Shown here: piece by piece, positions 50,838 to 63,028 of the stretch
Numbering within the stretch: the first letter of the stretch is position 1
Layout: each line of letters begins with the position of its first letter
Assembly (NCBI GenBank): GCA_050253415.1
Contig: JBFWJC010000001.1
Span: 32,001-96,000 of the forward strand
DNA: 64,000 nucleotides
Source: Pedobacter sp.
GTDB lineage: Bacteria; Desulfobacterota; Desulfuromonadia; Desulfuromonadales; Syntrophotaleaceae
Direction of reading: 5' to 3'
Program-made: the position numbers and the translations under genes
Notes under the pieces: model-generated
Seen by the model: only the letters and a program-made list of their open reading frames with translations
What the model was told of the DNA's origin: nothing
The model's database searches: none

Positions 50838-52841
50838 ATGGCCAAATTCGTACTCAAATCCGACTACCAGCCGCGCGGCGACCAACCGCAGGCTATCGAA
50901 GAATTGTCCGCAGGCATCCTGCGCGGCGACAAGCACCAGGTGTTGCTCGGCGTCACCGGATCGGGCAAGACCTTTACCATGGCCAACGTGGTCGAGAAAG
51001 TGCAACGCCCGACCCTGGTGCTTGCACACAACAAGACCCTGGCGGCCCAGCTCTACGGCGAATTCAAGGAATTATTCCCCGACAATGCAGTGGAATATTT
51101 CGTCTCTTACTACGATTATTACCAGCCTGAAGCCTACGTCGCCAGCACCGACACCTTCATCGAAAAAGATTCGTCCATCAACGAAGAAATCGACAAGATG
51201 CGTCACAGCGCCACGCGCAGCCTGCTCAGCCGCAGCGATGTGCTGATCGTTTCCTCGGTATCGTGCATCTACGGCCTCGGCTCTCCCGAAGCGTATTTCG
51301 GCATGTTGATCCGCCTGGAAACAGGGATGCAGGTCGACCGCAATACCCTGCTCAAGCAACTGGTGGAAATCCAGTACACCCGCAACGATATCGACTTTCA
51401 TCGCGGCACCTTCCGGGTACGCGGCGACACGGTGGAAATCTTTCCTGCGTATGAAGAAAAACGCGCCCTGCGCATCGAGTTCTTCGGCGATGAAATCGAT
51501 GCCATCTGCGAAATCGATCCACTACGCGGCAAAGTACTCGACCGGCTTGACCATACCACCATCTTCCCCGCCAGCCACTACGTCGCCACCCGCCCCACTC
51601 TGGATCGCGCCATCCGGGCCATCCAAGATGAACTGCGGGAACGCATCACCTGGTTCCGCGACAACAACATGCTGGTGGAGGCACAGCGCATCGAGCAACG
51701 CACCCTGTTCGATATAGAGATGATGGAAGAGATGGGCTACTGCCAGGGAATCGAAAATTATTCACGCTTCCTCGACAACCGCCAGGCTGGAGAGGCTCCG
51801 GCCACCCTGTTCGACTATTTCCCCGACAACGCTCTGCTGTTCATCGACGAATCCCATGTCACCGTATCGCAAATCGGCGCCATGTACCGTGGCGACCGTT
51901 CCCGCAAGGAAACCCTGGTCCGGTATGGATTCCGCATGCCCTCGGCGCTCGACAACCGCCCCCTGACCTTTGAGGAATTCGAAGCCAAGGGCATTCCGAC
52001 GGTTTATGTCTCGGCCACCCCGGCCGACTACGAACTGCGCAAAGCCGATGGCGTTGTGGTGGAACAGATCATTCGCCCTACCGGTCTGGTCGATCCACCC
52101 ATTACGATACGGCCGGCCAAAGATCAGGTCGACGATCTCATTCACGAGTTGCGTCTTACCATTAAACAGGGGGAAAGGGTGCTGGTTACCACCCTCACCA
52201 AACGCATGGCGGAGGAGCTTACCGGCTATCTTGGCGAACTTGGCATCAAAGTACGCTACCTGCACTCCGACATCGACACGGTGGAACGCGTGCAGATCCT
52301 GAGGGATCTGCGTCAGGGTTTGTTTGACGTGCTGGTAGGGATCAACCTGCTACGCGAGGGTCTCGACATCCCTGAAGTATCGCTGGTGGCAATTCTCGAC
52401 GCGGACAAGGAGGGCTTTTTGCGCTCCCAACGCTCTTTGATCCAGACCTGCGGTCGCGCAGCACGTAACGTGGCCGGCCGGGTCATTATGTACGCTGACC
52501 GGATCACCCGCTCCATGCAGGCCTGCCTCGACGAAACAGAGCGCCGGCGTACCGCCCAGCTGGCCTATAATCAAGAACATGGTATTACACCGCAAACGGT
52601 CAGAAAATCGATGCGCTCCATTCTCGAAGATATAGCGGAAAAAGATTATGTCGAACTACCGCAGGTCGCCGAGGATATGGGCACCTATCACACACCGAAA
52701 GAAGTACGGGCCGAAATAGTCCGCGTCAAGGATGAGATGCTGGCTGCGGCCTCCAATCTTGAGTTTGAAAAAGCCGCGGATCTGCGCGACCGAATGCTGG
52801 AACTGGAAAAGCTGGAGCTGGCTATACGGGGAGGAAACTAG
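50838..52841 (+). CDS. uvrB: Excinuclease ABC subunit B
   Basis: [29 protein letters not shown]-terminal FEKAADLRD. Confidence 0.98.
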   Translation: MAKFVLKSDYQPRGDQPQAIEELSAGILRGDKHQVLLGVTGSGKTFTMANVVEKVQRPTLVLAHNKTLAAQLYGEFKELFPDNAVEYFVSYYDYYQPEAYVASTDTFIEKDSSINEEIDKMRHSATRSLLSRSDVLIVSSVSCIYGLGSPEAYFGMLIRLETGMQVDRNTLLKQLVEIQYTRNDIDFHRGTFRVRGDTVEIFPAYEEKRALRIEFFGDEIDAICEIDPLRGKVLDRLDHTTIFPASHYVATRPTLDRAIRAIQDELRERITWFRDNNMLVEAQRIEQRTLFDIEMMEEMGYCQGIENYSRFLDNRQAGEAPATLFDYFPDNALLFIDESHVTVSQIGAMYRGDRSRKETLVRYGFRMPSALDNRPLTFEEFEAKGIPTVYVSATPADYELRKADGVVVEQIIRPTGLVDPPITIRPAKDQVDDLIHELRLTIKQGERVLVTTLTKRMAEELTGYLGELGIKVRYLHSDIDTVERVQILRDLRQGLFDVLVGINLLREGLDIPEVSLVAILDADKEGFLRSQRSLIQTCGRAARNVAGRVIMYADRITRSMQACLDETERRRTAQLAYNQEHGITPQTVRKSMRSILEDIAEKDYVELPQVAEDMGTYHTPKEVRAEIVRVKDEMLAAASNLEFEKAADLRDRMLELEKLELAIRGGN

Positions 52842-53204
52842 ACCGGCGAGGTGATAAGAACTAAAAACAGCCCGCAGAAACTGCCGTGATAACCTTGCTC
52901 AGGCAACAATTGACCGTGTAGCCAACAAACACAACCATGGCGATCAGAATCAGGGCAAAAAGCAAAGAGGACTTGGCCATAAGACCTTTTTGAACCGGAC
53001 GACTGGATGCAAACCCGGCTATCCGTGAAAAGCAGCAGAGATGAGCGAAGTATTTCCAGATAAATTTATTTTGAAAATCCTAATCTAAATTCAACAAAGA
53101 ATAAAGCATTTTAATCTGACTGGACCGAATCGTCTCTTTTCATATCTCCACTGGTTATTGTCACACAAGTCTTCAACCCGCAATGGCTGCCTGGCAGCAA
53201 AACA

Positions 53205-53236
53205 AAAAGCCGTCTCCATACATGGAAACGGCTTTC
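53205..53236 (-). terminator. Intrinsic terminator downstream of the small paralogue pair
   Basis: AAAAAGCCGTCTCCAT-AC-ATGGAAACGGCTTT; U-tract on the minus strand. Confidence 0.7.
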
Positions 53237-53261
53237 GACCATTACTCAAAACGCTAACGCG

Positions 53262-53468
53262 TCAGGCTTCATCTCCGCCTGGTCCGTTCGCAATTTTGAC
53301 TTCCTCAAGTTTGGCGCACACCTGTACAAAACCACCCTTGAAGATCTCTCCACCCTCCAGATAAGCCTCCCCATTAATCATCATAAAATAGAGACCATCC
53401 CCTTCCTCGCGATAGACGGTATAGGCATACACTCCGTAGCTGTCAGTATGTATTGGCAGTGCACCCAT
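53262..53468 (-). CDS. Small hypothetical protein (paralogue A)
   Basis: AGGAGGAG RBS; 68 aa; aligns with the neighbouring ORF. Confidence 0.75.
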   Translation of the reverse strand: MGALPIHTDSYGVYAYTVYREEGDGLYFMMINGEAYLEGGEIFKGGFVQVCAKLEEVKIANGPGGDEA

Positions 53469-53569
53469 GTGAACTCCTCCTATTTATTCATGATCATAGA
53501 TTGCAGCCCTGCGCTGTTTGGCCATAGTCTAAAAGAAGTCGTCAAAGGTGCCAACAACTTTGAAAGGGT

Positions 53570-53773
53570 TCATGTCATGGTTTTGAGTCCTTCGGTCGCC
53601 CTTATCTCCTCCATGCGCTTGAGCACATCGCAAAAAGTGCCCTTGAACAAGCATTGATTCTCCAGGTAGGGCTGACCATCAACCATCAGGAAAAACAAGC
53701 CATCATCAAGATCCCGGCAGATGACATACTCATGATCTTTGGTTACCAGGCTGTGCACTGCAACTTGGTCCAC
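53570..53773 (-). CDS. Small hypothetical protein (paralogue B)
   Basis: AAGGAAG RBS and GTG start; 67 aa; shares DGL.F.M..G..YLE....FKG.F with paralogue A. Confidence 0.75.
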   Translation of the reverse strand: MDQVAVHSLVTKDHEYVICRDLDDGLFFLMVDGQPYLENQCLFKGTFCDVLKRMEEIRATEGLKTMT

Positions 53774-53919
53774 GGCTCTCTTCCTTTACCTGCGCAAGTT
53801 GAATAGCCATCCGCAAAATCACGAATTTAAACAATCTTAGCAAATAAAACCCTGTCGTTAGTTCTCCCCGTCAAGAAAACATGGCCCTGACAATAAGATC
53901 CGTTACATATTTGTAACTT

Positions 53920-54714
53920 CTACAACCGCAACTTGTAACCACGCCCGAAAAGTAAGGCGGCCCAGCAGAACATGGCAAACGCCATGGCAAAGGTTGCGGA
54001 AAAAGACACGATCAGGGGGACATCTCCGACGCCGAGAATGGCCTGGCGAAAGCCATCGATAAGGTACAACATGGGATTGAAACGGGAGAGGCGTTCCCAG
54101 AAAGGCGGGAGGATAGAGACGGGATAAAAGACGCCACCGAGGTAAATCAGCGGCACTATGAGGAAGTTGTTGAACATCGACAGAGCATCGAAGGTGTTGG
54201 CATGGATAGCAGCGATCAGGCCGAACTGGGCAAACAGAAAGCTGGCCAGGGCCGCCATGGCCAGAGTTGCAAACGGATGCACCCAGGGAAGGTCTGCGAA
54301 AAAGGTGGATATGACCAGCACCGCACCGCCGACCAGCAGGCCGCGCAACATGGCTGCAAGGGTATAGGCGAAAATGAACTGCGGGGCGCTGATCGGCGTC
54401 ACCAGCAGATCCACGATATTACCCAGGTAGCGGGAAATAAACAGGGACGAGGAGGTATTAGCGAAACTATTGGTGATGACCCCCATCAGAATCAGGCCGG
54501 GAATGACGAATTGGGCATAGCTGAACCCCTCAAGTACCGAGATTCGCTCGCCAAGGGTGGCACCGAACACGAACAAATACAATGAAGCGGTCACGATCGG
54601 TGCCAGCAGGGTCTGGAAGGAAACCCGCAAAAACCGTCTTACTTCCTTCTGCAACAAGGTAACAAAAGGCAGCCAGACTACGAACTTCTCGGGTTGCCGG
54701 AAGCGTTCCATCAT
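53920..54714 (-). CDS. ABC-2 type transporter permease (YadH-like)
   Basis: KEVRRF; Y..FVIPGL; YLGGVFY; NPMLYLIDGFR. Confidence 0.92.
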   Translation of the reverse strand: MMERFRQPEKFVVWLPFVTLLQKEVRRFLRVSFQTLLAPIVTASLYLFVFGATLGERISVLEGFSYAQFVIPGLILMGVITNSFANTSSSLFISRYLGNIVDLLVTPISAPQFIFAYTLAAMLRGLLVGGAVLVISTFFADLPWVHPFATLAMAALASFLFAQFGLIAAIHANTFDALSMFNNFLIVPLIYLGGVFYPVSILPPFWERLSRFNPMLYLIDGFRQAILGVGDVPLIVSFSATFAMAFAMFCWAALLFGRGYKLRL

Positions 54715-55649
54715 TTGCCACCTGCCTGTCCGTTGTCGGGTCGCGCACCGGTAAGGTGCAAAAACACCTCTTCGAGTCCGGGGCGTGCCGTTTCGATATC
54801 TCTCACCCCGATGCCGAGGTCGGTGATACGGCGCAATGCCGCACCGGCCCCTTGGCCTGTTTCGAGTGCCAGATGCAACACCTGGCCGGCGTCCCGCAGG
54901 GCGGGCTGCAAATCGTGCAGTTCCGCAGGCACCTCCAGCAGGGGCTCTTCCAGCGTTAGCTGCATATAGCGACCTTCGATGCGTTCAAGCAACCGGGACG
55001 TCTCTTCCAGGGCAATAAGTTCACCATGGTTCATGATGGCGATGCGACCACACATTTGTTCGGCTTCTTCCAGATAGTGGGTGGTCAACAACACGGTCAC
55101 GCCTTCGCGATTGATCTCCCGCACAAAATCCCACAGGTTGCGGCGCAACTCCACATCAACCCCGGCTGTCGGTTCGTCGAGGATCAGCAGGCGAGGCTTG
55201 TGAATCATCGCCTTAGCCACCATGAAGCGCCTTTTGAGGCCGCCGGACAGTTTATTCATCGATTTGTGCAGGTGAGGTCCGAGTCCAAGCTGCTCGATGA
55301 GCAATTCGCGCCAGGTATCGTCCTGCGGCACGCCGTAATAACCGGCATGGATCCGTAACGCACGATCGATGGTGAAGAAATTATCCGTGACGATTTCCTG
55401 ATGCATGACCCCTACCAGACGGCGGGTGATGCGCCGCTTGGCTTGGTTATCATGACCGAAAACCTGCACCTTTCCGCTATCGATACGGCATACGCCGCTG
55501 ATCATGTTGATGGTGGTACTTTTACCGGCGCCGTTAGGTCCCAAAAGGCCGAATATCTCCCCGGGAGATACGCTCAGTGACAGATCGCGCACTGCCGGCG
55601 TACCGGCGAAGGATTTATGCAGATGTTCGATATGGAGGGCTGAAATCAT
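54711..55649 (-). CDS. ABC transporter ATP-binding protein (YadG-like)
   Basis: GPNGAGKST; LSGG; ILDEPTAGVD; TTHYLEEAE. Confidence 0.94.
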   Translation of the reverse strand: MISALHIEHLHKSFAGTPAVRDLSLSVSPGEIFGLLGPNGAGKSTTINMISGVCRIDSGKVQVFGHDNQAKRRITRRLVGVMHQEIVTDNFFTIDRALRIHAGYYGVPQDDTWRELLIEQLGLGPHLHKSMNKLSGGLKRRFMVAKAMIHKPRLLILDEPTAGVDVELRRNLWDFVREINREGVTVLLTTHYLEEAEQMCGRIAIMNHGELIALEETSRLLERIEGRYMQLTLEEPLLEVPAELHDLQPALRDAGQVLHLALETGQGAGAALRRITDLGIGVRDIETARPGLEEVFLHLTGARPDNGQAGGK

Positions 55650-55681
55650 GACAGGCACTATAGCGCCAATCGGGATATGAA

Positions 55682-57304
55682 TCAATGAGGCTCGGCACTT
55701 TGTCCCAGTCGCTGGGCAGTCTGCGCAAAAACCGTCTCCACCACAACATGGTTGCGCCCCCGCAGTTTAGCGCGGTACAGGGCCTGGTCGGCAAGCAGTA
55801 TCAGTTGCGCGGGCTCGCTGCCCATCTGGGGAAACACGGTCGCCACGCCGACACTGACCGTGACGACAGGTTTGACGAAAGAAGCGTGATGGGGAATATT
55901 GGCCCCGGCTACCGCTGCCCGGCATTTTTCGCCAAGGGCTAGAGCACCATCGTTGGTTTTTGGAAGGATCAGGGCGAACTCTTCCCCACCGTAGCGCGCC
56001 ACAAGGTCACCGGGACGAGCTGGAATGCTATTTAACACCTTTGCCACCTGACGCAAACAGTCGTCGCCCGCCAGATGTCCGTAATAATCGTTGTAAGCCT
56101 TGAATTGATCGATATCGATCATGATCAGACTCAGAGGCTGCCTATCCCGTATGGCGCGTTTCCATTCCTGATCGAGATGATCATCGAAATAACGGCGATT
56201 GGCAATGCCGGTCAATCCATCGGTCAGAGACAGGCTGGCCAGCTTGCGGTTGGCCTCATCGAGCTCGCTGGTGCGTCGCGACACCAACACCTCAACCGAA
56301 GCCGCATGCCGGGCCATTAAAATCAGGTAAAAAGGCACCGACAAACTGATAAGAATGCCGATCAGCACATACAACCAGGGAGCCATGCTCTGATAGCGGC
56401 TGAAATAGTCGACGACCGGTTCAGCCTGCAGCTGCCAATGTTTCTGCCCCGGGACCTTCACCTCTCGCTGGTAAGTAAAGACCGTCGGGGTAACCGCGCT
56501 TGCATCCCTGCGATAAACAAACAAGTCCTTGTTCTTATCAGGATGGCTATCCTCCACCAATCGCACTTCGGAGAGGGCCGGAAAATCGTTCCACCCGGCA
56601 CGCTGGAACATGGATGTATAGTCAAAAATACCGACGATAAATCCACGCAGACCGTCGCCGTGCGATAGGGTCCCGGATGCTTTGTCGGCAGAAACCGGCA
56701 GTATACCTAAAAACGTTTGCCGACTCCCGGCCAAGTCGGAAATTTTAAAATTGCCAAACACCTGAACAACCCCGGCATCCCGTGCGGCATCAAGCAACTT
56801 GAGGCATGCCGGATCGGCGGCAAGATCAAGCCCCAAATACGGAATAGCAGCCTGCTTCGGTTCCATAAAATAAAGGGGGAAATGCGCATGGCGACGACCG
56901 GCAATCACGCGCCGACCATCTGCAGCGATCTCGAAAAATTGGGCAGAGGAACTGTCAGCAGAAAGAGAGGTTTCAAACCTGCCCCGCTGATTTTCAGGCA
57001 CATGCGGGACCCAAGCCAAGGCATGAATATCGGGATGCCGCTGCAATGCCTCGGCCGCTACAGTAGCGAATTCCCTCTTTTCAACTTTTTCGGATCCCGT
57101 GAATAAGCTTTTCAAAGAGAAAAGCACTTCCAGGTTCAAACCGACCTCACGGTCAAGGGCCATGGCCCTGGCATCTACCTCACGCCGGAACTGCTCCATG
57201 AGTTGCTGTTTCTCAAGCGTCCGAAAACGCCAGGGCACCATCAAAGACACACACATGCCCAGCAACGCCACCATGACCACAAGGACTCTGAATGTCCTGC
57301 TCAT
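55682..57304 (-). CDS. CHASE-domain diguanylate cyclase
   Basis: Two TMs flanking a CHASE-like domain (ALAWVP, GLDL); DGLTG; RPGD I-site; RYGGEEF. Confidence 0.92.
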   Translation of the reverse strand: MSRTFRVLVVMVALLGMCVSLMVPWRFRTLEKQQLMEQFRREVDARAMALDREVGLNLEVLFSLKSLFTGSEKVEKREFATVAAEALQRHPDIHALAWVPHVPENQRGRFETSLSADSSSAQFFEIAADGRRVIAGRRHAHFPLYFMEPKQAAIPYLGLDLAADPACLKLLDAARDAGVVQVFGNFKISDLAGSRQTFLGILPVSADKASGTLSHGDGLRGFIVGIFDYTSMFQRAGWNDFPALSEVRLVEDSHPDKNKDLFVYRRDASAVTPTVFTYQREVKVPGQKHWQLQAEPVVDYFSRYQSMAPWLYVLIGILISLSVPFYLILMARHAASVEVLVSRRTSELDEANRKLASLSLTDGLTGIANRRYFDDHLDQEWKRAIRDRQPLSLIMIDIDQFKAYNDYYGHLAGDDCLRQVAKVLNSIPARPGDLVARYGGEEFALILPKTNDGALALGEKCRAAVAGANIPHHASFVKPVVTVSVGVATVFPQMGSEPAQLILLADQALYRAKLRGRNHVVVETVFAQTAQRLGQSAEPH

Positions 57305-58053
57305 TCCCCGCCCGCTTCCTCCGAGGGGACAACTCGGTTCCGCCTTGCACCAAAGCGCGAAACCAGAATGCCTATCTCATACAGCACCAGAAAAGGCACG
57401 GCAACCGATACCTGCGAAATGATATCGGGTGGCGTTAAAATCGCACCGACAACAAAAGCCACCAGAAAGATCAAGCGACGATGGTGGGCCAGCATGACGT
57501 GGTCGACAAGGCCCAGACGGGTGAGGAAAAAAATGATAATAGGAAGCTCGAAAATCAGCCCGAAAGCCAGCAACAGCCGGCAGGACAGGGAAAGATAAGC
57601 CCCCATGGAGAGCATGGCACTGATGTTGCCGACGTCCGTGCCATAGCTGACGAGAAAGCGAAACACCAAGGGGAAGACATAACCGAAGCCAAACCAGGTA
57701 CCGACACCAAAACAGGCGCAACTGGCCAGAACGAACGGCACGGCCAGGCGCTGTTCCCGTCGATACAATCCTGGTGCAACAAAGGCCCATATCTGCCAGA
57801 AGATCACCGGCAAAGACACCAACAGGCCGGCCATGGCAGACAGCTTGACATAGGTGAAAAAGGGCTCGGTAGCCTGGATGAATACCAGGGAACTTCCGGC
57901 TGGAAGCGCCTGACGCAAGGGAGCCGATACGGCCTGAAAGAGCTGTTGGGCAAAGGAATAACAGACCAGCGCACTGACCAACCAGGCCCCCCCTGCCACA
58001 ATCAGCCGGCGCCTCAACTCTTCAAGGTGGCCAACCAGGGGCTGCTCAACCAT
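57301..58053 (-). CDS. tatC: Twin-arginine translocase TatC
   Basis: [32 protein letters not shown]. Confidence 0.96.
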   Translation of the reverse strand: MVEQPLVGHLEELRRRLIVAGGAWLVSALVCYSFAQQLFQAVSAPLRQALPAGSSLVFIQATEPFFTYVKLSAMAGLLVSLPVIFWQIWAFVAPGLYRREQRLAVPFVLASCACFGVGTWFGFGYVFPLVFRFLVSYGTDVGNISAMLSMGAYLSLSCRLLLAFGLIFELPIIIFFLTRLGLVDHVMLAHHRRLIFLVAFVVGAILTPPDIISQVSVAVPFLVLYEIGILVSRFGARRNRVVPSEEAGGE

Positions 58054-58315
58054 GGTCGGCGGGAGGCAACGGCTCATGGCGGTCTCGCTGGCTTTCGTCA
58101 CTCAGAGCCTCGGGATCTTTGCCTTGCTCAACAGGGTCTGCCTGTCGAGAAGGGTATTCGTCGGATGGCTCGTCATGAAAGTCGCGAGTGGCGCGTTTGA
58201 ATTCGGCCAGACCCTTGCCCAGGGCCCGGGCCAGTTCCGGCAGGCGTCGCGGACCGAGGATGATCAGGGCGAGAGCCAGAATAAGCAATAGTTCGGTGGG
58301 ACCGATATTAAACAT
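58046..58315 (-). CDS. Twin-arginine translocase TatA/TatB-family subunit
   Basis: [37 protein letters not shown]. Confidence 0.93.
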   Translation of the reverse strand: MFNIGPTELLLILALALIILGPRRLPELARALGKGLAEFKRATRDFHDEPSDEYPSRQADPVEQGKDPEALSDESQRDRHEPLPPADHG

Positions 58316-58418
58316 GCATAAACCTCTTTATTATCAGGGGAAGTTACCGATTTTTCGATGCAACCTGACAATAGCTGTAAACCATTCGACTGTCAAGCCG
58401 CTACAGACTCTTAACGGT

Positions 58419-58447
58419 TTGACAAATAAGGGATTTTACACTATTAT
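58419..58447 (+). promoter_or_regulatory. Sigma70 promoter of nadA
   Basis: TTGACA-N17-TATTAT. Confidence 0.7.
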
Positions 58448-58493
58448 GCGCCCCATTATAACATCGTTTATCCCCTACCAAAGAGGACTATAA

Positions 58494-59408
58494 ATGAATT
58501 CGCAACAACTCAAGGACGAAATCCGCCGACTGGCCAAAGAGCGTAATGCCTTGATCATGGCACACTTTTACCAGCGCGACGAAATCCAGGAGATTGCCGA
58601 TGTCGCGGGAGATTCCCTCGCCATGGCCATCGAAGCGGCGCAAACCGACCGGCAGGTCATTGTGTTGTGTGGCGTACATTTTATGGCGGAAAGTGCCGCG
58701 ATCCTGGCACCGGGAAAAACCGTGCTGCTGCCCCGCACCGATGCCGGCTGCCCCATGGCCGACATGGTGGAGGTCGACAAGCTGCGCGAAATGAAAGCCC
58801 GCCTGCCCGGCCGCCCGGTAGTGACCTACGTCAATTCGAGCGCTGCGGTCAAAGCCGAAAGCGACATCTGCTGTACCAGCGCCAACGCCGTGGCGGTAGT
58901 CAACTCGCTTGACGCCGACGAAGTCATTCTGGTGCCGGACCGTAATCTCGGCCGTTACATTGCCGCCAATACCGACAAGAAGTGCTATTTCTGGGAAGGG
59001 TTCTGCCCGTTTCACGATCAGTTGCCCGAAGAGGACGTCCTGGCCGCCAAACAGGCACATCCGGATGCCCTGTTCCTGGCGCACCCCGAATGCCGCCCGC
59101 AGATCCTGGCCATGGCCGACTACGTCGCTTCGACAAGCGGCATGATCGATTATGTCCGCAACAGCCCGGTAAAAAAATTCATCCTTGGCACCGAAGAGGG
59201 CATCCTCTATCGACTGCGCAAAGAAAATCCCGACAAGCAGTTCATCATGCCCAACTCCCTGCTGTTCTGCAAAACCATGAAATATATCACCCTCGAAGAG
59301 GTGTTGCACTGTCTGCAAAACATGAGCCCCACAGTCACAGTCCCGACGGAGATCGCCGACGGCGCCCGCCAATCCCTGGAGCGCATGCTGGCCGTGCCGC
59401 GCGACTGA
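58494..59408 (+). CDS. nadA: Quinolinate synthase
   Basis: [35 protein letters not shown]. Confidence 0.97.
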   Translation: MNSQQLKDEIRRLAKERNALIMAHFYQRDEIQEIADVAGDSLAMAIEAAQTDRQVIVLCGVHFMAESAAILAPGKTVLLPRTDAGCPMADMVEVDKLREMKARLPGRPVVTYVNSSAAVKAESDICCTSANAVAVVNSLDADEVILVPDRNLGRYIAANTDKKCYFWEGFCPFHDQLPEEDVLAAKQAHPDALFLAHPECRPQILAMADYVASTSGMIDYVRNSPVKKFILGTEEGILYRLRKENPDKQFIMPNSLLFCKTMKYITLEEVLHCLQNMSPTVTVPTEIADGARQSLERMLAVPRD

Positions 59409-59475
59409 CCATGTCGACAAACCATCACCAACAGGACGGGGGCGCACTCGGATGCGCCCCCGCTCTTTTTTAAGC

Positions 59476-62400
59476 ATGACACCTTCTGATCTGCATACGG
59501 AACTCCATCCGGCTCTCGAAGAATTTTCCGCCACCCTGAATGGCCTGCCCCATGCAGAATTGTCGGGTATGACCGGCACCAGCTGTGCGTTCGTATTGGC
59601 GCACCTGCTGGCCGAGCGCCCCGAACCGTTGCTGATTCTGGCGGCGGACCAGGAACAGGCCGCCCGGATGTCCGCCGACCTGGCGTTTTATCTGGGCCGC
59701 CCCGACCAGGTTTTCTACCTGCCTCACTGGGAAATGCGCCCTTACGAGGCGCTACTACCCCACCCCGCCATCGAAGCTGCGCGACTGGCCACGCTGGCCG
59801 CCCTGGCCGATGGCCGCGCGCGGGTTCTGATCATGACGGTACGATCCGCCATGCAGCGGGTCATGCCACGTCGCGTGCTGGCTTCGCTACGCGCCTGCCT
59901 GCGTGAAAAGGACCATTATCCGCGGGAATTCCTGCTGCCCCATCTTAGCGAGCTCGGTTATCACGCCGTGCCGCTGGTGGAGGACCCCGGCACATTTTCG
60001 GTGCGCGGCGACCTGATCGACCTGTATCCGCCGACCCTCAAGGAACCGGTACGCATCGAATTTTTCGGCGACCAGATCGAGCGCATGCGCCCCTTCGATC
60101 CAGTCACCCAGCGCTCTCGCGACCAGCACCTCGCATCACTGGAACTGCTGCCGGCGCGGGAAATGATCCTGGCCGGGCAACATCTCGAAACCTTTGCGCG
60201 TGCCCTTAAGCAGCGCGCCGATGCCCTCGGCATTGCCCGTCCTCAGCGGGAAGCCCTGCTTGAAGAAGCACGCGAGGGACTGCTCGGCCCAGGTCACAGC
60301 TTCCTCATGCCCCTGTGTTACGATGGCTTGGACAGTGTTTTTGACTACGCACCCACCGGACGCCTGGTGCGTCTCGATCCGCCGGCCATCGCCCAGGAGA
60401 CTGACCGCCTGCGCGACGAGATCAGCGAGGGAGAGGATCGTCTGGCGAAACACGGCGAACTGTTTGTCCCGGGAGAGACACTGTACCTGGGAAGTGACGA
60501 ACTTGACCGTCACCTGACCGGTCTGCCTCAACTCGACATCACCCTGCTGCGCCTCTACCATCTGGACCAACCCGCGACCCGCCTGGTCATGCGCACCGAA
60601 AGCAATGCGGATCTGCGCGGCCACCAGCAGCAGGATGGTGGCCTGGCCGCGCAACTGGCCGGGCGTCTGCACGCTTGGCAACAGGAAGGCTGGAGACTGC
60701 TGCTGGTCTGCCATCAGCAAGGCCAGGCCGAGAGGCTGCAATCCTTACTGGGCGGACGCGGTCTCGACCTGCCTCTGACCACAGACGTCGAAGTTTCCAC
60801 CGTGAAACCGGGGGTTCCCGTCATCACCCTGGGGGAACTGTCCGGCGGTTTCCGTCTACCCGACGAGCGGCTGGCGGTCATCACCGAAGAAGAGATTTTC
60901 GGTCGGCGTGCCCGCCGCCGCAGCGCCACCGCCGAAGCCCGCGCCAAAGCGCGCCTGTCTTCGCTGGCCGAACTGCGCGAAGGCGACCTGGTAGTGCATG
61001 CCGACCACGGCATCGGTCGCTACCAGGGCCTGTTGCACCTGCAGCTGCAAGGCAATGAAGGCGATTTTCTGCATCTGGAATATGCCGGCAAGGACCGCCT
61101 CTACCTGCCGGTGGAGCGTATCGAGAAGATTCAAAAATACGTCGGTGCCGAAGGGGGATCACCGCGCCTCGACCGTATGGGCGGCGGCGCCTGGGAAAAA
61201 GCCAAACTCAAAGCCCGCGCGGCGGTGGAGGAATTGGCCCGCGAGCTGTTGCAGATCTATGCCCGCCGCGAAATGCACGAAGGCTTTCACTACTCGCCGC
61301 CAGATGCCATGTTTCGCGAATTCGAGGCGGCCTTCCCCTACGAGGAAACCCCCGACCAGCTGGCCGCCATCAACGATGTTCTGGCCGACATGCAGGCCCA
61401 CCGGGCCATGGACAGGGTGATCTGCGGCGATGTTGGTTACGGTAAAACCGAAGTCGCCATTCGCGCCGCCTACAAAGCCGCACTGGATGGCAAACAGGTT
61501 GCCGTACTGGTGCCGACCACGGTGCTGGCCCGCCAGCACGGCCAGACCTTTGCCGAACGCCTGCAGGATGCACCCGTCACAGTCGCATCCCTGTCACGGC
61601 TGAACAGCACCGCAGAACAAAAACAGATCCTGCAACGGGCCGCCGACGGCAAGATCGACATCCTGATCGGAACCCACCGCCTGCTGCAACGCGACGTACG
61701 CTTCAAGGATCTGGGCCTGCTGATCGTCGACGAAGAGCAGCGCTTTGGAGTCACCCACAAGGAGCGGCTTAAAAAGCTGCGTGCCGAAGTCGATCTGCTG
61801 ACCCTGACCGCCACCCCCATTCCACGCACCCTGCACATGAGCCTGTTGGGACTGCGCGACCTGTCCGTCATTGATACCCCGCCTGTCGACCGACAGGTGA
61901 TCCGCACCTATGTCACCCGTTTCGATGATGACCTGATCCGTCAGGCCATCCTTAATGAACTGCGCCGTGGCGGCCAGGTATTTTTTGTACACAACCGGGT
62001 ACAAAACATCGGTGCCATGGCCGAGTTCCTCCAGACCCTGGTCCCCGAAGCCAAAATCGGGGTCGGCCACGGCCAGATGGGGGAAAAAGCTCTGGAAGCG
62101 GTGATGATGGATTTTGTCGAAGGCACCATCAATGTTCTGGTATGCAGTACCATTATCGAAAACGGCCTCGATATCCCGCGCGCCAACACCATCATCGTCA
62201 ATCGCGCCGACTGCTTCGGCCTGGCGCAACTTTACCAGTTGCGCGGCCGGGTCGGACGATCACACATGCGGGCTTACGCCTACCTGCTGATCCCCGGAGA
62301 AAGCACTCTCACCCACGAAGCCCGCGAACGTCTGCGAGTATTGTCCGAGCTGACCGAGTTGGGCGCCGGCTTTCGCATCGCCAGCCACGACCTGGAGCTG

Positions 62401-62961
62401 CGCGGTGCCGGTGACTTGCTCGGGCCCAAACAATCGGGGCAGATCGCCGCCATTGGTTTTGAGATGTATGCGGAATTGCTGGAAGACACCATCGCGGAAC
62501 TCAAGGGTCTGGAGAAAGAAAACCGCATCGATCCGGAAATCCGCCTCGGTCTGTCGGCCTTCCTGCCCGAAAAATACCTGCCCGACCCCAATCAGCGACT
62601 GGTATTTTACAAGCAGCTTGCCTCTGCCGAAGACGAGGAAACCCTCTATGAGCTGGCCGATGAACTGCGCGACCGCTTTGGCGAACTCCCCGACCCGACT
62701 CTGCTGTTGATAGAGGTTATGAAACTGCGGGTGCTGATGAAACAGGTACGCATCGTAGCCGCCGATTACGATGGCCACACGTTGACCCTGGCCTTTGCTC
62801 AGGACACGCCGGTTTCACCGGACAAAATTATCGCCCTACTGGAACAGGATGCAAAAAAATTCAGTTTTTCACCCGATTTCCGCCTGGGAATACGACTCGG
62901 CAGGCAACCTGGAGAAGTGGCTCTGGGCGAAGCCAAAAAAGCGTTGCAAGGCCTTATTTAG
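59476..62961 (+). CDS. mfd: Transcription-repair coupling factor
   Basis: VVHADHGIG; FPYEETPDQ; GDVGYGKT; DEEQRFG; TATPIPRT; QLRGRVGR; TRCF C-terminus. Confidence 0.98.
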   Translation: MTPSDLHTELHPALEEFSATLNGLPHAELSGMTGTSCAFVLAHLLAERPEPLLILAADQEQAARMSADLAFYLGRPDQVFYLPHWEMRPYEALLPHPAIEAARLATLAALADGRARVLIMTVRSAMQRVMPRRVLASLRACLREKDHYPREFLLPHLSELGYHAVPLVEDPGTFSVRGDLIDLYPPTLKEPVRIEFFGDQIERMRPFDPVTQRSRDQHLASLELLPAREMILAGQHLETFARALKQRADALGIARPQREALLEEAREGLLGPGHSFLMPLCYDGLDSVFDYAPTGRLVRLDPPAIAQETDRLRDEISEGEDRLAKHGELFVPGETLYLGSDELDRHLTGLPQLDITLLRLYHLDQPATRLVMRTESNADLRGHQQQDGGLAAQLAGRLHAWQQEGWRLLLVCHQQGQAERLQSLLGGRGLDLPLTTDVEVSTVKPGVPVITLGELSGGFRLPDERLAVITEEEIFGRRARRRSATAEARAKARLSSLAELREGDLVVHADHGIGRYQGLLHLQLQGNEGDFLHLEYAGKDRLYLPVERIEKIQKYVGAEGGSPRLDRMGGGAWEKAKLKARAAVEELARELLQIYARREMHEGFHYSPPDAMFREFEAAFPYEETPDQLAAINDVLADMQAHRAMDRVICGDVGYGKTEVAIRAAYKAALDGKQVAVLVPTTVLARQHGQTFAERLQDAPVTVASLSRLNSTAEQKQILQRAADGKIDILIGTHRLLQRDVRFKDLGLLIVDEEQRFGVTHKERLKKLRAEVDLLTLTATPIPRTLHMSLLGLRDLSVIDTPPVDRQVIRTYVTRFDDDLIRQAILNELRRGGQVFFVHNRVQNIGAMAEFLQTLVPEAKIGVGHGQMGEKALEAVMMDFVEGTINVLVCSTIIENGLDIPRANTIIVNRADCFGLAQLYQLRGRVGRSHMRAYAYLLIPGESTLTHEARERLRVLSELTELGAGFRIASHDLELRGAGDLLGPKQSGQIAAIGFEMYAELLEDTIAELKGLEKENRIDPEIRLGLSAFLPEKYLPDPNQRLVFYKQLASAEDEETLYELADELRDRFGELPDPTLLLIEVMKLRVLMKQVRIVAADYDGHTLTLAFAQDTPVSPDKIIALLEQDAKKFSFSPDFRLGIRLGRQPGEVALGEAKKALQGLI

Positions 62962-63028
62962 CTATGTTAGGTTTGATAATTCAGCGATCCGGCAGCAGTC
63001 GGCTCGCCCTTTCAAGGAGTCACCCCTG

